64,000 nucleotides of DNA from contig CAXXYH010000003.1 in NCBI GenBank assembly GCA_963677925.2, forward strand, positions 1,536,001-1,600,000, given 5' to 3'. This document shows, piece after piece, positions 18,231 through 28,292 of this stretch. A program made the position numbers and the translations under genes. The notes under the pieces were generated by a model. The model saw nothing but the letters and a program-made list of their open reading frames with translations. It searched no databases and was not told the origin of the DNA. Origin of the DNA: Spirochaetia bacterium. GTDB lineage: Bacteria > Spirochaetota > Spirochaetia > UBA9216. How positions within the stretch are numbered: position 1 is the first letter of the stretch; every line of letters begins with the position of its first letter.

Positions 18231-19133
18231 ATGAAGATACTTAATTTTGGTTCACTGAACCTTGATCAGGTTTTCTCAGTTGATCACATCGTTAAACCCG
18301 GCGAAACAACAGCAAGTACTGAATATAAACAGTTTACAGGCGGCAAAGGTCTGAACCAGTCAATTGCCCTTGCAAAAGCCGGAACAGAAGACCTCTGGCA
18401 CGCCGGAGCCACGGGGAAAGACGGAATGGAGCTTGTTCACAGCCTCAATGAAATGCATATCTCCACCGAATATATAAAAATATCAGAGACACCTGCCGGC
18501 AGGGCTATTATTCAGGTAGACAAGACAGGTCAGAACTCTATAGTACTGCTTGGAGGAGCAAACAGAAGTATTGAGCCTTCGTTTGTTGATTCCGTCCTGG
18601 CTAATTTCTCCCAGGGCGATGTAATTGTACTGCAGAATGAAATAAGCAGTCTCGATTATATAATTGAAAAGGCAGCCAATCTGGGAATGAGAATAGTCCT
18701 GAACCCTTCACCGATTGATGACAACCTTAAAAAATGCCGTTTTGATCTTGTTTCGCTATTTCTTATCAATGAAACCGAGGGGTATGAACTTACCGGCGAA
18801 AAAGAGTCCGGAAAAATACTGGAAAAAATGAGCAGCAGGTATCCGGATTCTGCAACTGTTCTGACACTCGGAGGCGACGGAGTGTGCTTTAAAAAGGGCG
18901 ATGAAGAAATAAGACTTAATGCCTTTGATGTTAAAGCTGTTGATACAACAGCCGCCGGGGACACTTTCACAGGATTCTTTGTGGCCGGGTACTTCAGGGG
19001 AACCCCCGTAAAGGAAGTTCTTGAAACTGCATCTTTGGCAGCAGCTATTTCCGTTTCCAGAAACGGGGCCTGCGGTTCTATTCCTTCCGTTGCTGAGGTC
19101 GAAAGCATGAAGGGTAAAATTAAAACCAGGTAA
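18231..19133 (+). CDS. rbsK: Ribokinase (PfkB family)
   Basis: GSLNLD, GGKGLNQ, LQNEI, NETE, VDTTAAGDTF. Confidence 0.88.
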   Translation: MKILNFGSLNLDQVFSVDHIVKPGETTASTEYKQFTGGKGLNQSIALAKAGTEDLWHAGATGKDGMELVHSLNEMHISTEYIKISETPAGRAIIQVDKTGQNSIVLLGGANRSIEPSFVDSVLANFSQGDVIVLQNEISSLDYIIEKAANLGMRIVLNPSPIDDNLKKCRFDLVSLFLINETEGYELTGEKESGKILEKMSSRYPDSATVLTLGGDGVCFKKGDEEIRLNAFDVKAVDTTAAGDTFTGFFVAGYFRGTPVKEVLETASLAAAISVSRNGACGSIPSVAEVESMKGKIKTR

Positions 19134-19153
19134 TTGAATCAACCTGATAATAG

Positions 19154-19189
19154 AAAAGGCCTGAAGATTTTAACCCTCAGGCCTTTTTT
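19154..19189. terminator. Bidirectional terminator between convergent rbsK and aminopeptidase
   Basis: AAAAGGCCTGA...TCAGGCCTTTTTT. Confidence 0.8.
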
Positions 19190-19209
19190 CAGCATCATTT
19201 GAAAAGCTG

Positions 19210-20439
19210 TTATATCAAAAACTTTCCGTCTTTTATAAGCCCGGTTCTTTTTCCGTCTCTGCCTACCGCAGTTACATCAACATCAGAACCGCCGATCATC
19301 ATATCTTCGTGAACCCCGGCTACATTCATTCCCATATCGAGCAGTTCATCCTTTGAGAAATTGCCTGGATTTTTCAAAGCCTTGGGAAATCCGGCGCCAA
19401 GTGCTATATGGCAGGCAGCATTCTCGTCATAAAGTCCATTATAAAAAACTATTCCCGGTTCAGCAAAGGGTGAGCATGGATCAACAAGAGCCAGTTCGCC
19501 AAGATACTTTGCACGTTCATCACGTTTAAAAAGATTTTCAAGAGATTCCTTACCCTTATCTGCTCCGAAATCAACAACCTGCCCGTCCTTAAACTCGAAC
19601 CAGGCGTTGACAGGTATATCACCCAGGTTCTGATGCATCACAAGCGGCCTGGTTAATGCGACCCTGCCGTCTACCCTTCTGCAATCAGGAACTGTGAAAA
19701 TTTCATCTGTCGGAATATTCGCAAGCCAGGATTCACCGGTACTAGATTTACCGATTCCGCCCAGCCATTTAACATCAGGATTAATACCAATCCTAAGTTC
19801 AGTACCAGGCCCTTTAAATTCTATATAGTCAGGAGAAAGCTGTTCAAGGTATTCTATTCGCTTAAGATCAACAGCGGCCTTATTTTTCCACCATTGAACA
19901 GGATCATCTTCATCAAGTCGCATGATCTTGATTATATGCTTCCAGTATTCAGCAACAGCGTCTTCCGGAGAAAGATCTGGAAAAGCCTTTATTGAGATGT
20001 CAACTGAGGGCATAAAGGTCAGAACCCATGGAAATGCACCCGCGAGACTCATCTCACGTTTGTAGGCAATAGCATCCTGACGGTCTCTGAAATATTCTGC
20101 CGAGACATCTCCGGAAAGGCCTGCATACGCATCGGTTTCACAATAACTTAGATAATGCACCGATTTCCACCCGGGGCCACAGGTTTCACGCATCCTTTTA
20201 TCGAAATATTCAGGATAATCCAGCTTCCTGTTCCCTGTTCGAATAGCTGCAGCATGTACAAAGTCATCAATATAAACAAGATCTACAAAGGAGGCTCCGG
20301 CTTCATAGGCTCTTTGAACAAGAACCTTGGCAGCGTCCCGGCAGTCATGGTTCAGCTGAAGAAAAAGCTTGTCGCCTTTTTTAAAGCTCACTCCGAAGAG
20401 CATTAAATCTGCTATCTTTTTGTAATATTCAGTATTCAT
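19210..20439 (-). CDS. M29 family aminopeptidase (AmpS/PepS-like)
   Basis: ANIPTDEIFT, LGELALV, YDENAACHIALG, HEDMMIG. Confidence 0.9.
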   Translation of the reverse strand: MNTEYYKKIADLMLFGVSFKKGDKLFLQLNHDCRDAAKVLVQRAYEAGASFVDLVYIDDFVHAAAIRTGNRKLDYPEYFDKRMRETCGPGWKSVHYLSYCETDAYAGLSGDVSAEYFRDRQDAIAYKREMSLAGAFPWVLTFMPSVDISIKAFPDLSPEDAVAEYWKHIIKIMRLDEDDPVQWWKNKAAVDLKRIEYLEQLSPDYIEFKGPGTELRIGINPDVKWLGGIGKSSTGESWLANIPTDEIFTVPDCRRVDGRVALTRPLVMHQNLGDIPVNAWFEFKDGQVVDFGADKGKESLENLFKRDERAKYLGELALVDPCSPFAEPGIVFYNGLYDENAACHIALGAGFPKALKNPGNFSKDELLDMGMNVAGVHEDMMIGGSDVDVTAVGRDGKRTGLIKDGKFLI

Positions 20440-20441
20440 TT

Positions 20442-20879
20442 TTATTTCACTTCCGCCGTTATACCTATCACTTCTTCAAGGATTTCGACAGCATCTTTTA
20501 TATATTTTGGACAGGTCTTTTTAATAACCTCTTTTTCCATTACTTCCATGGCATCCCTTCTGACAGAGAGATCATAACCAATCAGATCAGTACATTTAAG
20601 TGATGAATTTCTTTCAAGAAATTTATCCTTGAAGCGCTGCCACATTTCTTCTGCAGTGTCTTCATGGCCTACATTCTCCTTGTAATGAAAAATGACACAT
20701 CCGGCGCCGCTTACTGCCCCGCATTTTGAATGAGGAAGCCCCGGGAATTCACCGCATGAATGAATATACCTGTCTTCTTTAGGGCTGAGAATCTCATCCT
20801 TCTCAAAGGCACTGAAAACAGCCTTATCACAGTCGATACCTTTATTAAATGTTTCAATTGCTAATTCAGTTCTGTCCAT
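20442..20879 (-). CDS. C_GCAxxG_C_C family putative redox protein
   Basis: Spaced cysteines DCDKAV, CGAVSG, LKCTDL, TCPKYI. Confidence 0.75.
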   Translation of the reverse strand: MDRTELAIETFNKGIDCDKAVFSAFEKDEILSPKEDRYIHSCGEFPGLPHSKCGAVSGAGCVIFHYKENVGHEDTAEEMWQRFKDKFLERNSSLKCTDLIGYDLSVRRDAMEVMEKEVIKKTCPKYIKDAVEILEEVIGITAEVK

Positions 20880-20957
20880 GGCTTCTCCAAATAGATGTAA
20901 ATTTAACGAAATTATAACCCGGCTCTTATCATTTGTGAAGAAAAACTATTGCAGTAA

Positions 20958-22340
20958 TCAAAGCATAAATTCTATTGTAAAAACAGCGCCGCCGTCATTA
21001 CGGTATTCAAGGTTGCCGCCCAGCTGTTCTGCAAGCATCCTGATAAGCATTAGTCCGAATCCGGTAGAATCCCCGGATTCTCCATCCGGAAGGCCCCGGC
21101 CGTTATCCCTTACGACAAGGCATGCAGTTTCATCTTTACTGCGGCTTACTGAAATTTCTATTATTTTCTCCCCTGACATATTCTTAAAGGCATATTTCAT
21201 GCAGTTTGTAACAAGTTCATTTATTATGATTCCAAGATGAAAAAGTTTACCGGGAGAAAGCTGAAAATCATCTATATGAGTCCGGATATCAACATCCCGG
21301 CTCTGATAAAAGACTTCAGTAATATCACCAATAAGATTGCTAAGATACACCGCAGACGAGGTCTCACGGAATTCTTCCGACTCAAAGAGACTTTCGTATA
21401 AAACCCGCAGGCTGCCTACTCTGCCTGCGGCATCCATAAGGGCAGTTTTCTCACCTTCATTAGCAGCTTCATCGCCCTGAAGCCTTAAAAGGCTTTCCAC
21501 CCAGGCCATATTATTTTTAATGCGGTGATGAACCTCACGAAGAATGAGGTCCTTTTCTTTTAACAGCGTCTCAATTTTGACCTCAGCCGCCTTACGGTCG
21601 GTTATATCTTCGATCTTTGCCATAATTCCGGTTATATTTCCATCGATTCTGATAGGGTTCAGACTGTATTCAAGGTAATGCTCACTTCCCCATTTACTTT
21701 GGTAGAGCATTGAATTTGACACAGGATCTTTAGTCTCTATCGTACGCCTGAGATCGCCGGAAAAGCCAGAGCTGACAAGCAGGGGAAAAGTAAGCAGATT
21801 AATTTTTTTAGTTTCTTCAATTGAAGGAGATCCGAGAAGTTCAAGCATTTTTTTATTGATTTCAATAATCTTTCCGTCAAGATTCGAGTAGACTATACCG
21901 GAAACAGAATGATCAAAAAGACTTCTGTACATCTGCTCGCTTTCTGCGAGCGCCTTCTCGGTTCTCCTGCTCTCGGTAATATCCTGAAGAACACCTACAA
22001 CCCTGTTTTGTTCCGGATCGAAATCGGCTACCGAGTGGATTACGGCAATACGGCCGTCATTCGGTCTCTTAATACTGAACTCAATATCATAGGTATCCGA
22101 GGCTCCGCTGACCAGATTTCTCATTTCGTCCTGAAGACTCTTCCTGTCTTCGGGAACAGAGATACTGCGAATCATTTCAAGTGAGAAATCCTCACCGGAA
22201 ATTCCGTATATATTCTGAGCTTCCTTTGATGCTGTAAATCTGGCGGAGGCCACATGGTAGACCCATGAGCCAACCCTGGCAAGCCGTTGTACCTTCTCAA
22301 AATAATCCGATGATCTCTCAAAGCGGTGATCATTATCCAT
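20958..22340 (-). CDS. PAS-PAS HisKA_2-type sensor histidine kinase
   Basis: Two PAS/PAC segments, EVHHRIKNN, NELVTNCMKYAF, DNGRG, GFGL; start likely MDNDH (ORF track 22358). Confidence 0.88.
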   Translation of the reverse strand: MDNDHRFERSSDYFEKVQRLARVGSWVYHVASARFTASKEAQNIYGISGEDFSLEMIRSISVPEDRKSLQDEMRNLVSGASDTYDIEFSIKRPNDGRIAVIHSVADFDPEQNRVVGVLQDITESRRTEKALAESEQMYRSLFDHSVSGIVYSNLDGKIIEINKKMLELLGSPSIEETKKINLLTFPLLVSSGFSGDLRRTIETKDPVSNSMLYQSKWGSEHYLEYSLNPIRIDGNITGIMAKIEDITDRKAAEVKIETLLKEKDLILREVHHRIKNNMAWVESLLRLQGDEAANEGEKTALMDAAGRVGSLRVLYESLFESEEFRETSSAVYLSNLIGDITEVFYQSRDVDIRTHIDDFQLSPGKLFHLGIIINELVTNCMKYAFKNMSGEKIIEISVSRSKDETACLVVRDNGRGLPDGESGDSTGFGLMLIRMLAEQLGGNLEYRNDGGAVFTIEFML

Positions 22341-22396
22341 CAGGGTTCCCTGTATCAATTATAATCCACATGGAATCTAAAAACAATAAGAGCCTC

Positions 22397-25300
22397 TTAA
22401 TAGTAATAATTCAGATACCGGACGATATTATACAGGAAGGGTATTCCATAATAATATCCGGGAACCTTATCATAAGCCCAATAGACAAATCTGTTCTGCC
22501 TTACAACTGTGTAATAATTCGAATAATCCGGATCATCAGCATAGAAATACGTTCCGTTTGTGCCTGACGAGTTGGAATTATACAAAGACCAGCGATGTGC
22601 AATACTGTAGGGATATCCTGTAGTTGAAGTAAACATAAGAGCGTCATAATCCTCAGTGTAAAGATAGCTGTCATACAGAGGTTTATAATACATATACCGG
22701 TGCCATATATAATCATATGCGGAAGAATAAGGCTTTATGTTGGCATACTGGGTATCACCCTTGGAGTACGCGTAGTCAAGATCAGTAGGAGCGACCCCGG
22801 AACCTATTGAGTTAAGGCCCAGACTTGTCCAGTTGTTTACAAGAGTCTGAAAGAAACGCCAGCCGTAGTAGTGCATTCCCATTACTCCGTGACCGCTGTA
22901 GGCAACATTTTTTGCCCTTGTTGTACTTGCATAGAGATTGGCAGCTGACGGAGTTATTATTATCGGGTCGCCGTAGATTACAGTTTCATCTACACCGTCA
23001 TCCTTAAAGGTAGCTGGAACCTCATCTTCGGGAATCATTGTCACAGTAAACTCAGTCCATGTGTACGAACCGTTCATAAAGACGTAGCTCGGGTTTGCTG
23101 ACACCCAGTCGGTTGTTATCCTGCTCTTAAGCAGGCTTGCAAGATCTGTATCATCAGGATCATCATCGTCGTATATAATAGTCATATCCGAGCTGTACCC
23201 CAGTGAGTAACTGCTGTAATTTGTGTAGCCTATTTCAGGGTTGTAAACACGGATAAACAGATAATACGGAACTCCCTCGGTATAATAGTCGCTGTAGCTG
23301 GCAGTACTTACTGTACTCCCCTTTGTATATTTTGTTCCGGTCGGACTTGTTGCATAGTAAACATAATATGTATTGCTGCTTGATGTATCATTTCCATACT
23401 CTTCATAGTGAGTTCTGATATAACCGTTTTTAGTGTAGCCCTTGTAGGAATTATTCATCACCGGTGTTCCGTAGAAGATTGCATCACTTACCTCGGTATA
23501 GTGTGCAGCCTCCTGGGTGACGGAATTTCTTGAGTAAACCCCGGCATAATCAGAGAACTGAACAATAACCTTCTTTGAACCGTAACCGCTGTATCCGCTG
23601 GCAGTACTCAGGCTCCAGGACATGCTGGAGGAGGCTGAATACCATCCTGACCAGGAGGAACCGCCGTCATTGCTGATACGCATATAGTTTGCGCCTGAGT
23701 ATGAACTGTTCAGCGTAGCCGAGGTACTGGATGCCACTGTGCTTCCGCTGTTTATACTGAATGAAGAAACCGTCGGCTCGGCGGTATCAAGGACTATGGA
23801 ATCATAGCGGCTGATAGACACATTGCCTGCGTAATCAATAAGTTCGCAGTAGACATACTTTGTACCGTCTGTAAGCGTTACATTACCGTTCGTAAAATTC
23901 CAGCTGCTCAGTGTTGAATTGTAGACATAGGTAAGGGTGCTTCCTCCGGAGTTCCAGAACCGCATGTATCTGATATCATTTCCGGTGTAGGTTTGAGAAT
24001 TGGAACCGCTGCCTGTAATGGCTATATCAACATACTGACTTACTGTATACGAAGTACTGTTGACGGCATTTGTGGACCTATTGCTCAATAAAATTGAACT
24101 TAGGGTCGGAGCAGTCGTATCTATTTCAAGAGCCCATGTCGCAGAGTTAGACCAGTTTCCTGCAGTATCGCTTTCCTGAACATAAAAGGTATACACACCT
24201 TCGGAGTTGGATGTGTTTATTGCTATTGATGTAGTATAGGTCCAGCTTGATTCATCAAAGCTCCACCGGTAGCTGCCGTTTCCGCCTCCGCCGGATGACC
24301 AGCGAAAATACGGGGTTGTATCATTTGAAAGGTGGTAGCCGTTGCTTGTTACGCTGTATCCGGTGCTGTAGGTGTACATTACAGGTGCGCCCGGAGCTGT
24401 TGCATCTATCTGAACCGTACTTGAGGCCACCTTGCCAACCCATGAGGTGTCGCTGATGTTGTATTCTTCAACTTCGATCGTATACACATCATCATCCAGA
24501 GGGCTTCCTCCATCATAGGTTGAAAAGTCGATCATCAGAGTCGTTACATCATCAGCCAGTGTTGTCCAGCCGGTCACTTCCGCGCTGGAACTGTCAAGAA
24601 GCCTGTACCGGTAACGTTCCGTTGCAGGATTTCCAAGTCCGGTTGACCAGTTCCATGTAACCTGCCTGGCGGTACCGTAGCTGTTTCGCAGATACTCTCC
24701 CTCCCGGTTGAGTGCGGGTTCAGAGGTAAAGTCGGTGTCTATCCAGATTGCCCGGCTGCCCGATGCCGACCAGTTTCCTGCGGCATCTCTTTCCTGTACA
24801 TACATTGTATATTCATATTCGTCGCTCAGAGCTGACGATGGATAGCCGGGATAATTCGTACCGGAGGGCTCAAAGCTGAGCGATGTTGTTTCCGTCCAGT
24901 CCACAATTACTGACGAGCTGCCGTAATATGCACCGCCGTCGCTTTCCCAGTACCTGCCGACTCTCTCAAGGCGGTATCGGAATGTACCGTTTCCATTGCC
25001 GGTTCCGTACCATGACCATGTGGGAGCAACATTAGGAGTATGCGAGATCCCTGATATTACTGGGGAGGAAGGAGGAGTTGTATCCCATTCAAAGCTGACA
25101 TATCCATCAGCGCTGTTGCCTGCCATATCGGTTACAGTCAGTTTCATTTCATACTGTCCGTCTTCGGATCCATCATCAGCAGCGGATACTGTCGGTATCA
25201 GCTGATCTGCGTTTGTTATTTCAAGTTTATCCGGAGAATCGGGGTCATCCTTATTCTCAACCCATAGGTAGGAAGCTATTCCGCTTCCTGCGGAACCCGG

Positions 25301-28288
25301 ATCATCAGGGTCGTCAGCGGTTTTCTGATCATAGGCCCGGCCGTCACCGGTATCGTTGTCATTATAGTATTTGATTGTAAAGGATGAATTCTTTGGTGAG
25401 ATATCCTGCAGTTTTTCAATTACAGGAGGAAGGGTATCGATCCAGAACTCAACCATCACGCTGCCGCTTCTGTTTGCCCTGTTTCCGGCATTGTCCCATG
25501 CTGTAACATAGAAATACACAGGACCGTCATTATCACCAAGGTTGGCAGGAGTCGGTGCTGAAATATAGGGAATATCCGAACGCATATAGTTTTTATTCTC
25601 GTAGCTTGCAGTATTATCCCAATCTACTTCGTCATCATCCCAGTGCGGATACCATCCGCCGACGCCATAGGCTACACCGGGATCCGTATTCGGATCGAGG
25701 GTCTGATAGTAAGGAATAGTGGTGTAAAAATCAGCTCCGTCTGCAGCAGCCCACACTATGTAGGGTATAGCTGATGAGGTATATGCCATTACAGCTGATG
25801 CTGATGTATTGAGCACAGTGTCATCCTGATTATAGGCTGTCAGGGTTCCGACATCGGCCGGATCAACTGTATCCCATACAAAATCAACTATGTTATAGCT
25901 TGAGTTTCCGGCATTATCGGTTGCGGTTACCTTTATCTCGTAGCTGCCGTCTTCACTTCCGTCCGAGGCTCCGGCCTTGATATAGGGCTGCTCAACGCTG
26001 CTGTCCCCGGTAGTTCCGGCACTGTCTGAATAAAAGGTCAGCGTCCCCGGACCGCTGAGCTGTTCCCATAGGTATGAAGCAATTCCGCTAGGAACCTGGT
26101 AGGCTTCAGAATCTACCGGGTGGGTATCTGTGATAGTTACTGTCTGCCGGATTATCGAGTTTGTTTCAAGGTAATCTGTATCTGAAAAAGATACAGAGGG
26201 CTCAGTGTAGTCAAGGATGACAACAGCGTAAACATCATTGGCACCTTCGTCCTGAAGTCCCGACAGATTACCAACATAATCCTTAACTTCAGCATAAACG
26301 TAGTACTGCCCTTCACCTGATGACAGAGCTACCTCGGGTTTAAGAGAGGACCAGGCCTCCCATGAGCCGGAATCGGAGGAAGGCATATTCAGAGCACTGG
26401 CGGCTTCCACCGACAGCCACATGTACTGAAGCCCGGACTGCAAGTCCTCGGCATCTATTACAACATTAACGGTTTCTCCGGAGTTGTTTGAGTACCCAGT
26501 ACCGTTATCGATCTGCAGACCGTTCAAAACAGGTGCAGTTGTATCAAGGCTGACTTTAAGTCTGCCCGGGGTTTCCGATTCATTATTGGCATAATCGACG
26601 AAGCGGTAGTAAATGTAGTGATCGCCGTCATTCGCCTGCAGTTCCCATCCTGCGGAAGCATATGCGGTATTGTAGCTCATGTAGTCTATACCGCCGCCCG
26701 TAGTTCCTCCCTCGGAGTACAGTTTCCAGGCGGCATCGCCTTCAAAAGTCGGGAAACCGGCGCCTATATTGTCGCCCCAGATCTTCACCGCACGGACACC
26801 GTTATAATCATCCTCGGCCTTAATCTCAAGATCAAAGGTAGCGGATGCTGTAGCATTGACCGAAGGTGAATCAAGATTCAGCACTATCACGCCCTCAGGC
26901 GCGGTATTATCCTCAAAGGCTCCGTTTGCAAAGCTGTAGGTGTAATCTGAACCTATTGCATTTCCTGCCACATCGGAAACAGTTCCGCTTATAAAGACAT
27001 TGTATTCAGTGCTCTGCTCCAGAGTATAGGATTCACCGCCCAGTTCGAATTCGGTAAACTCAATTCCGGACTTGTCGTCAATGTATTCATAAACCGAGGT
27101 TGAGATCTTCTGGATGCCCTTGGTAACATAGACAGTAGTGCTGTCTATTGTTGTTGTATCCATCTCTTCAGAGAAAACTACTTTAACATAGGCCTTTGTT
27201 CTGTTTCCGGTTGAATCAGGAACAGGGTTTGAAAGATCAAAGTCCACCTGAGGAGGTGTGAAATCATAAACAATGGAACTGGAAGTTTCCCCGGACTCAT
27301 TAAGAGCCGTGTCACGAACCTGCAGATAGAGGGTTTCAGTTTCATTTGTATTCACAGAAAGAGAGTAATCACTGATGCTCGTACTGCCGCCGTCCAGTGT
27401 CAGCCAGTCGCTCCAGCTGCCGCCTTCGGTTCTAATCCGGTAGTCGCCCATGCCGCTTCCTGTCTCTTCATCAACCCCCAGAATATCTATCGATATTTCA
27501 CTGTTGCGGGTTCCGGCTTTTCCGCCTTCAAGCGAGAACTGTGCAATTTCGGGCATGGTTGTATCAAGACCAATTGAATCGGAACCGTAGCCTGAAGATT
27601 CAAGCCCGGAACCGTCTTTCAGTTTCACATATACGGTCTTCTGGCCGTCGCCTTCTGGAAAGGTTATATCAAATGATGAGCTCCAGGTGATCCATCCTGA
27701 ATCAGAGAAGTTTCCGTTTGTTGAAATATTCATCTGGGCTATTCCGAAGTTATCAGTCGCATCAACCTCAACCGTAGCCGTAAGCTGGTTTGTCCAGGAA
27801 TCTCCGTTATTTATTGTGACTCCGGAAATAGCAGGCCTTACTGTGTCGCCCTCTATTCCCGTGGTAAAAGACCAAGTATAGACCTCGGATATAAGATTAC
27901 CGTCCAAATCCTTGATTCCGTTAATAGTGACTTCGTATTCTGTGCCGACTTCCAGTTCCGAATTTGGAATGAATGTAATGGTATCATTCTCAACTTTACG
28001 TGAACCGCTTATTGCGTTGCCGCCTGCATCTGTTACATAAAAACTTGCAGAAACTACTGTGCTGGAATCAATATACTTCGAGAAGGTCACAGATATCGTA
28101 CTCAGGTTAATAGGGACATCCTCAGTATCACGTTCCGGGTAGATTGAAACAACTTCCGGAGGGGAAATGGCCTTGTCCACATCCTCTTCAATATAGGCAA
28201 GCAGGGGATTTTTACAGCTGATAAAAACTGCGGATGCAGCAAGCAGCAGTACAGAAACAACTATCTTTATCATTGTAATTCTTTTCAC
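22397..28288 (-). CDS. Giant (~1960 aa) Ig-like repeat lipoprotein, probable surface adhesin/S-layer-like protein
   Basis: Lipobox LLLAASAVFISC; Big_5/SbsA-like N-terminal domain; many repeats ending D-x-AGN...DTT-x-P; Tyr/Ser-rich C-terminus; GTG start at 28288 after GAGGAG. Confidence 0.82.
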   Translation of the reverse strand: MKRITMIKIVVSVLLLAASAVFISCKNPLLAYIEEDVDKAISPPEVVSIYPERDTEDVPINLSTISVTFSKYIDSSTVVSASFYVTDAGGNAISGSRKVENDTITFIPNSELEVGTEYEVTINGIKDLDGNLISEVYTWSFTTGIEGDTVRPAISGVTINNGDSWTNQLTATVEVDATDNFGIAQMNISTNGNFSDSGWITWSSSFDITFPEGDGQKTVYVKLKDGSGLESSGYGSDSIGLDTTMPEIAQFSLEGGKAGTRNSEISIDILGVDEETGSGMGDYRIRTEGGSWSDWLTLDGGSTSISDYSLSVNTNETETLYLQVRDTALNESGETSSSIVYDFTPPQVDFDLSNPVPDSTGNRTKAYVKVVFSEEMDTTTIDSTTVYVTKGIQKISTSVYEYIDDKSGIEFTEFELGGESYTLEQSTEYNVFISGTVSDVAGNAIGSDYTYSFANGAFEDNTAPEGVIVLNLDSPSVNATASATFDLEIKAEDDYNGVRAVKIWGDNIGAGFPTFEGDAAWKLYSEGGTTGGGIDYMSYNTAYASAGWELQANDGDHYIYYRFVDYANNESETPGRLKVSLDTTAPVLNGLQIDNGTGYSNNSGETVNVVIDAEDLQSGLQYMWLSVEAASALNMPSSDSGSWEAWSSLKPEVALSSGEGQYYVYAEVKDYVGNLSGLQDEGANDVYAVVILDYTEPSVSFSDTDYLETNSIIRQTVTITDTHPVDSEAYQVPSGIASYLWEQLSGPGTLTFYSDSAGTTGDSSVEQPYIKAGASDGSEDGSYEIKVTATDNAGNSSYNIVDFVWDTVDPADVGTLTAYNQDDTVLNTSASAVMAYTSSAIPYIVWAAADGADFYTTIPYYQTLDPNTDPGVAYGVGGWYPHWDDDEVDWDNTASYENKNYMRSDIPYISAPTPANLGDNDGPVYFYVTAWDNAGNRANRSGSVMVEFWIDTLPPVIEKLQDISPKNSSFTIKYYNDNDTGDGRAYDQKTADDPDDPGSAGSGIASYLWVENKDDPDSPDKLEITNADQLIPTVSAADDGSEDGQYEMKLTVTDMAGNSADGYVSFEWDTTPPSSPVISGISHTPNVAPTWSWYGTGNGNGTFRYRLERVGRYWESDGGAYYGSSSVIVDWTETTSLSFEPSGTNYPGYPSSALSDEYEYTMYVQERDAAGNWSASGSRAIWIDTDFTSEPALNREGEYLRNSYGTARQVTWNWSTGLGNPATERYRYRLLDSSSAEVTGWTTLADDVTTLMIDFSTYDGGSPLDDDVYTIEVEEYNISDTSWVGKVASSTVQIDATAPGAPVMYTYSTGYSVTSNGYHLSNDTTPYFRWSSGGGGNGSYRWSFDESSWTYTTSIAINTSNSEGVYTFYVQESDTAGNWSNSATWALEIDTTAPTLSSILLSNRSTNAVNSTSYTVSQYVDIAITGSGSNSQTYTGNDIRYMRFWNSGGSTLTYVYNSTLSSWNFTNGNVTLTDGTKYVYCELIDYAGNVSISRYDSIVLDTAEPTVSSFSINSGSTVASSTSATLNSSYSGANYMRISNDGGSSWSGWYSASSSMSWSLSTASGYSGYGSKKVIVQFSDYAGVYSRNSVTQEAAHYTEVSDAIFYGTPVMNNSYKGYTKNGYIRTHYEEYGNDTSSSNTYYVYYATSPTGTKYTKGSTVSTASYSDYYTEGVPYYLFIRVYNPEIGYTNYSSYSLGYSSDMTIIYDDDDPDDTDLASLLKSRITTDWVSANPSYVFMNGSYTWTEFTVTMIPEDEVPATFKDDGVDETVIYGDPIIITPSAANLYASTTRAKNVAYSGHGVMGMHYYGWRFFQTLVNNWTSLGLNSIGSGVAPTDLDYAYSKGDTQYANIKPYSSAYDYIWHRYMYYKPLYDSYLYTEDYDALMFTSTTGYPYSIAHRWSLYNSNSSGTNGTYFYADDPDYSNYYTVVRQNRFVYWAYDKVPGYYYGIPFLYNIVRYLNYYY

Positions 28289-28292
28289 CTGC

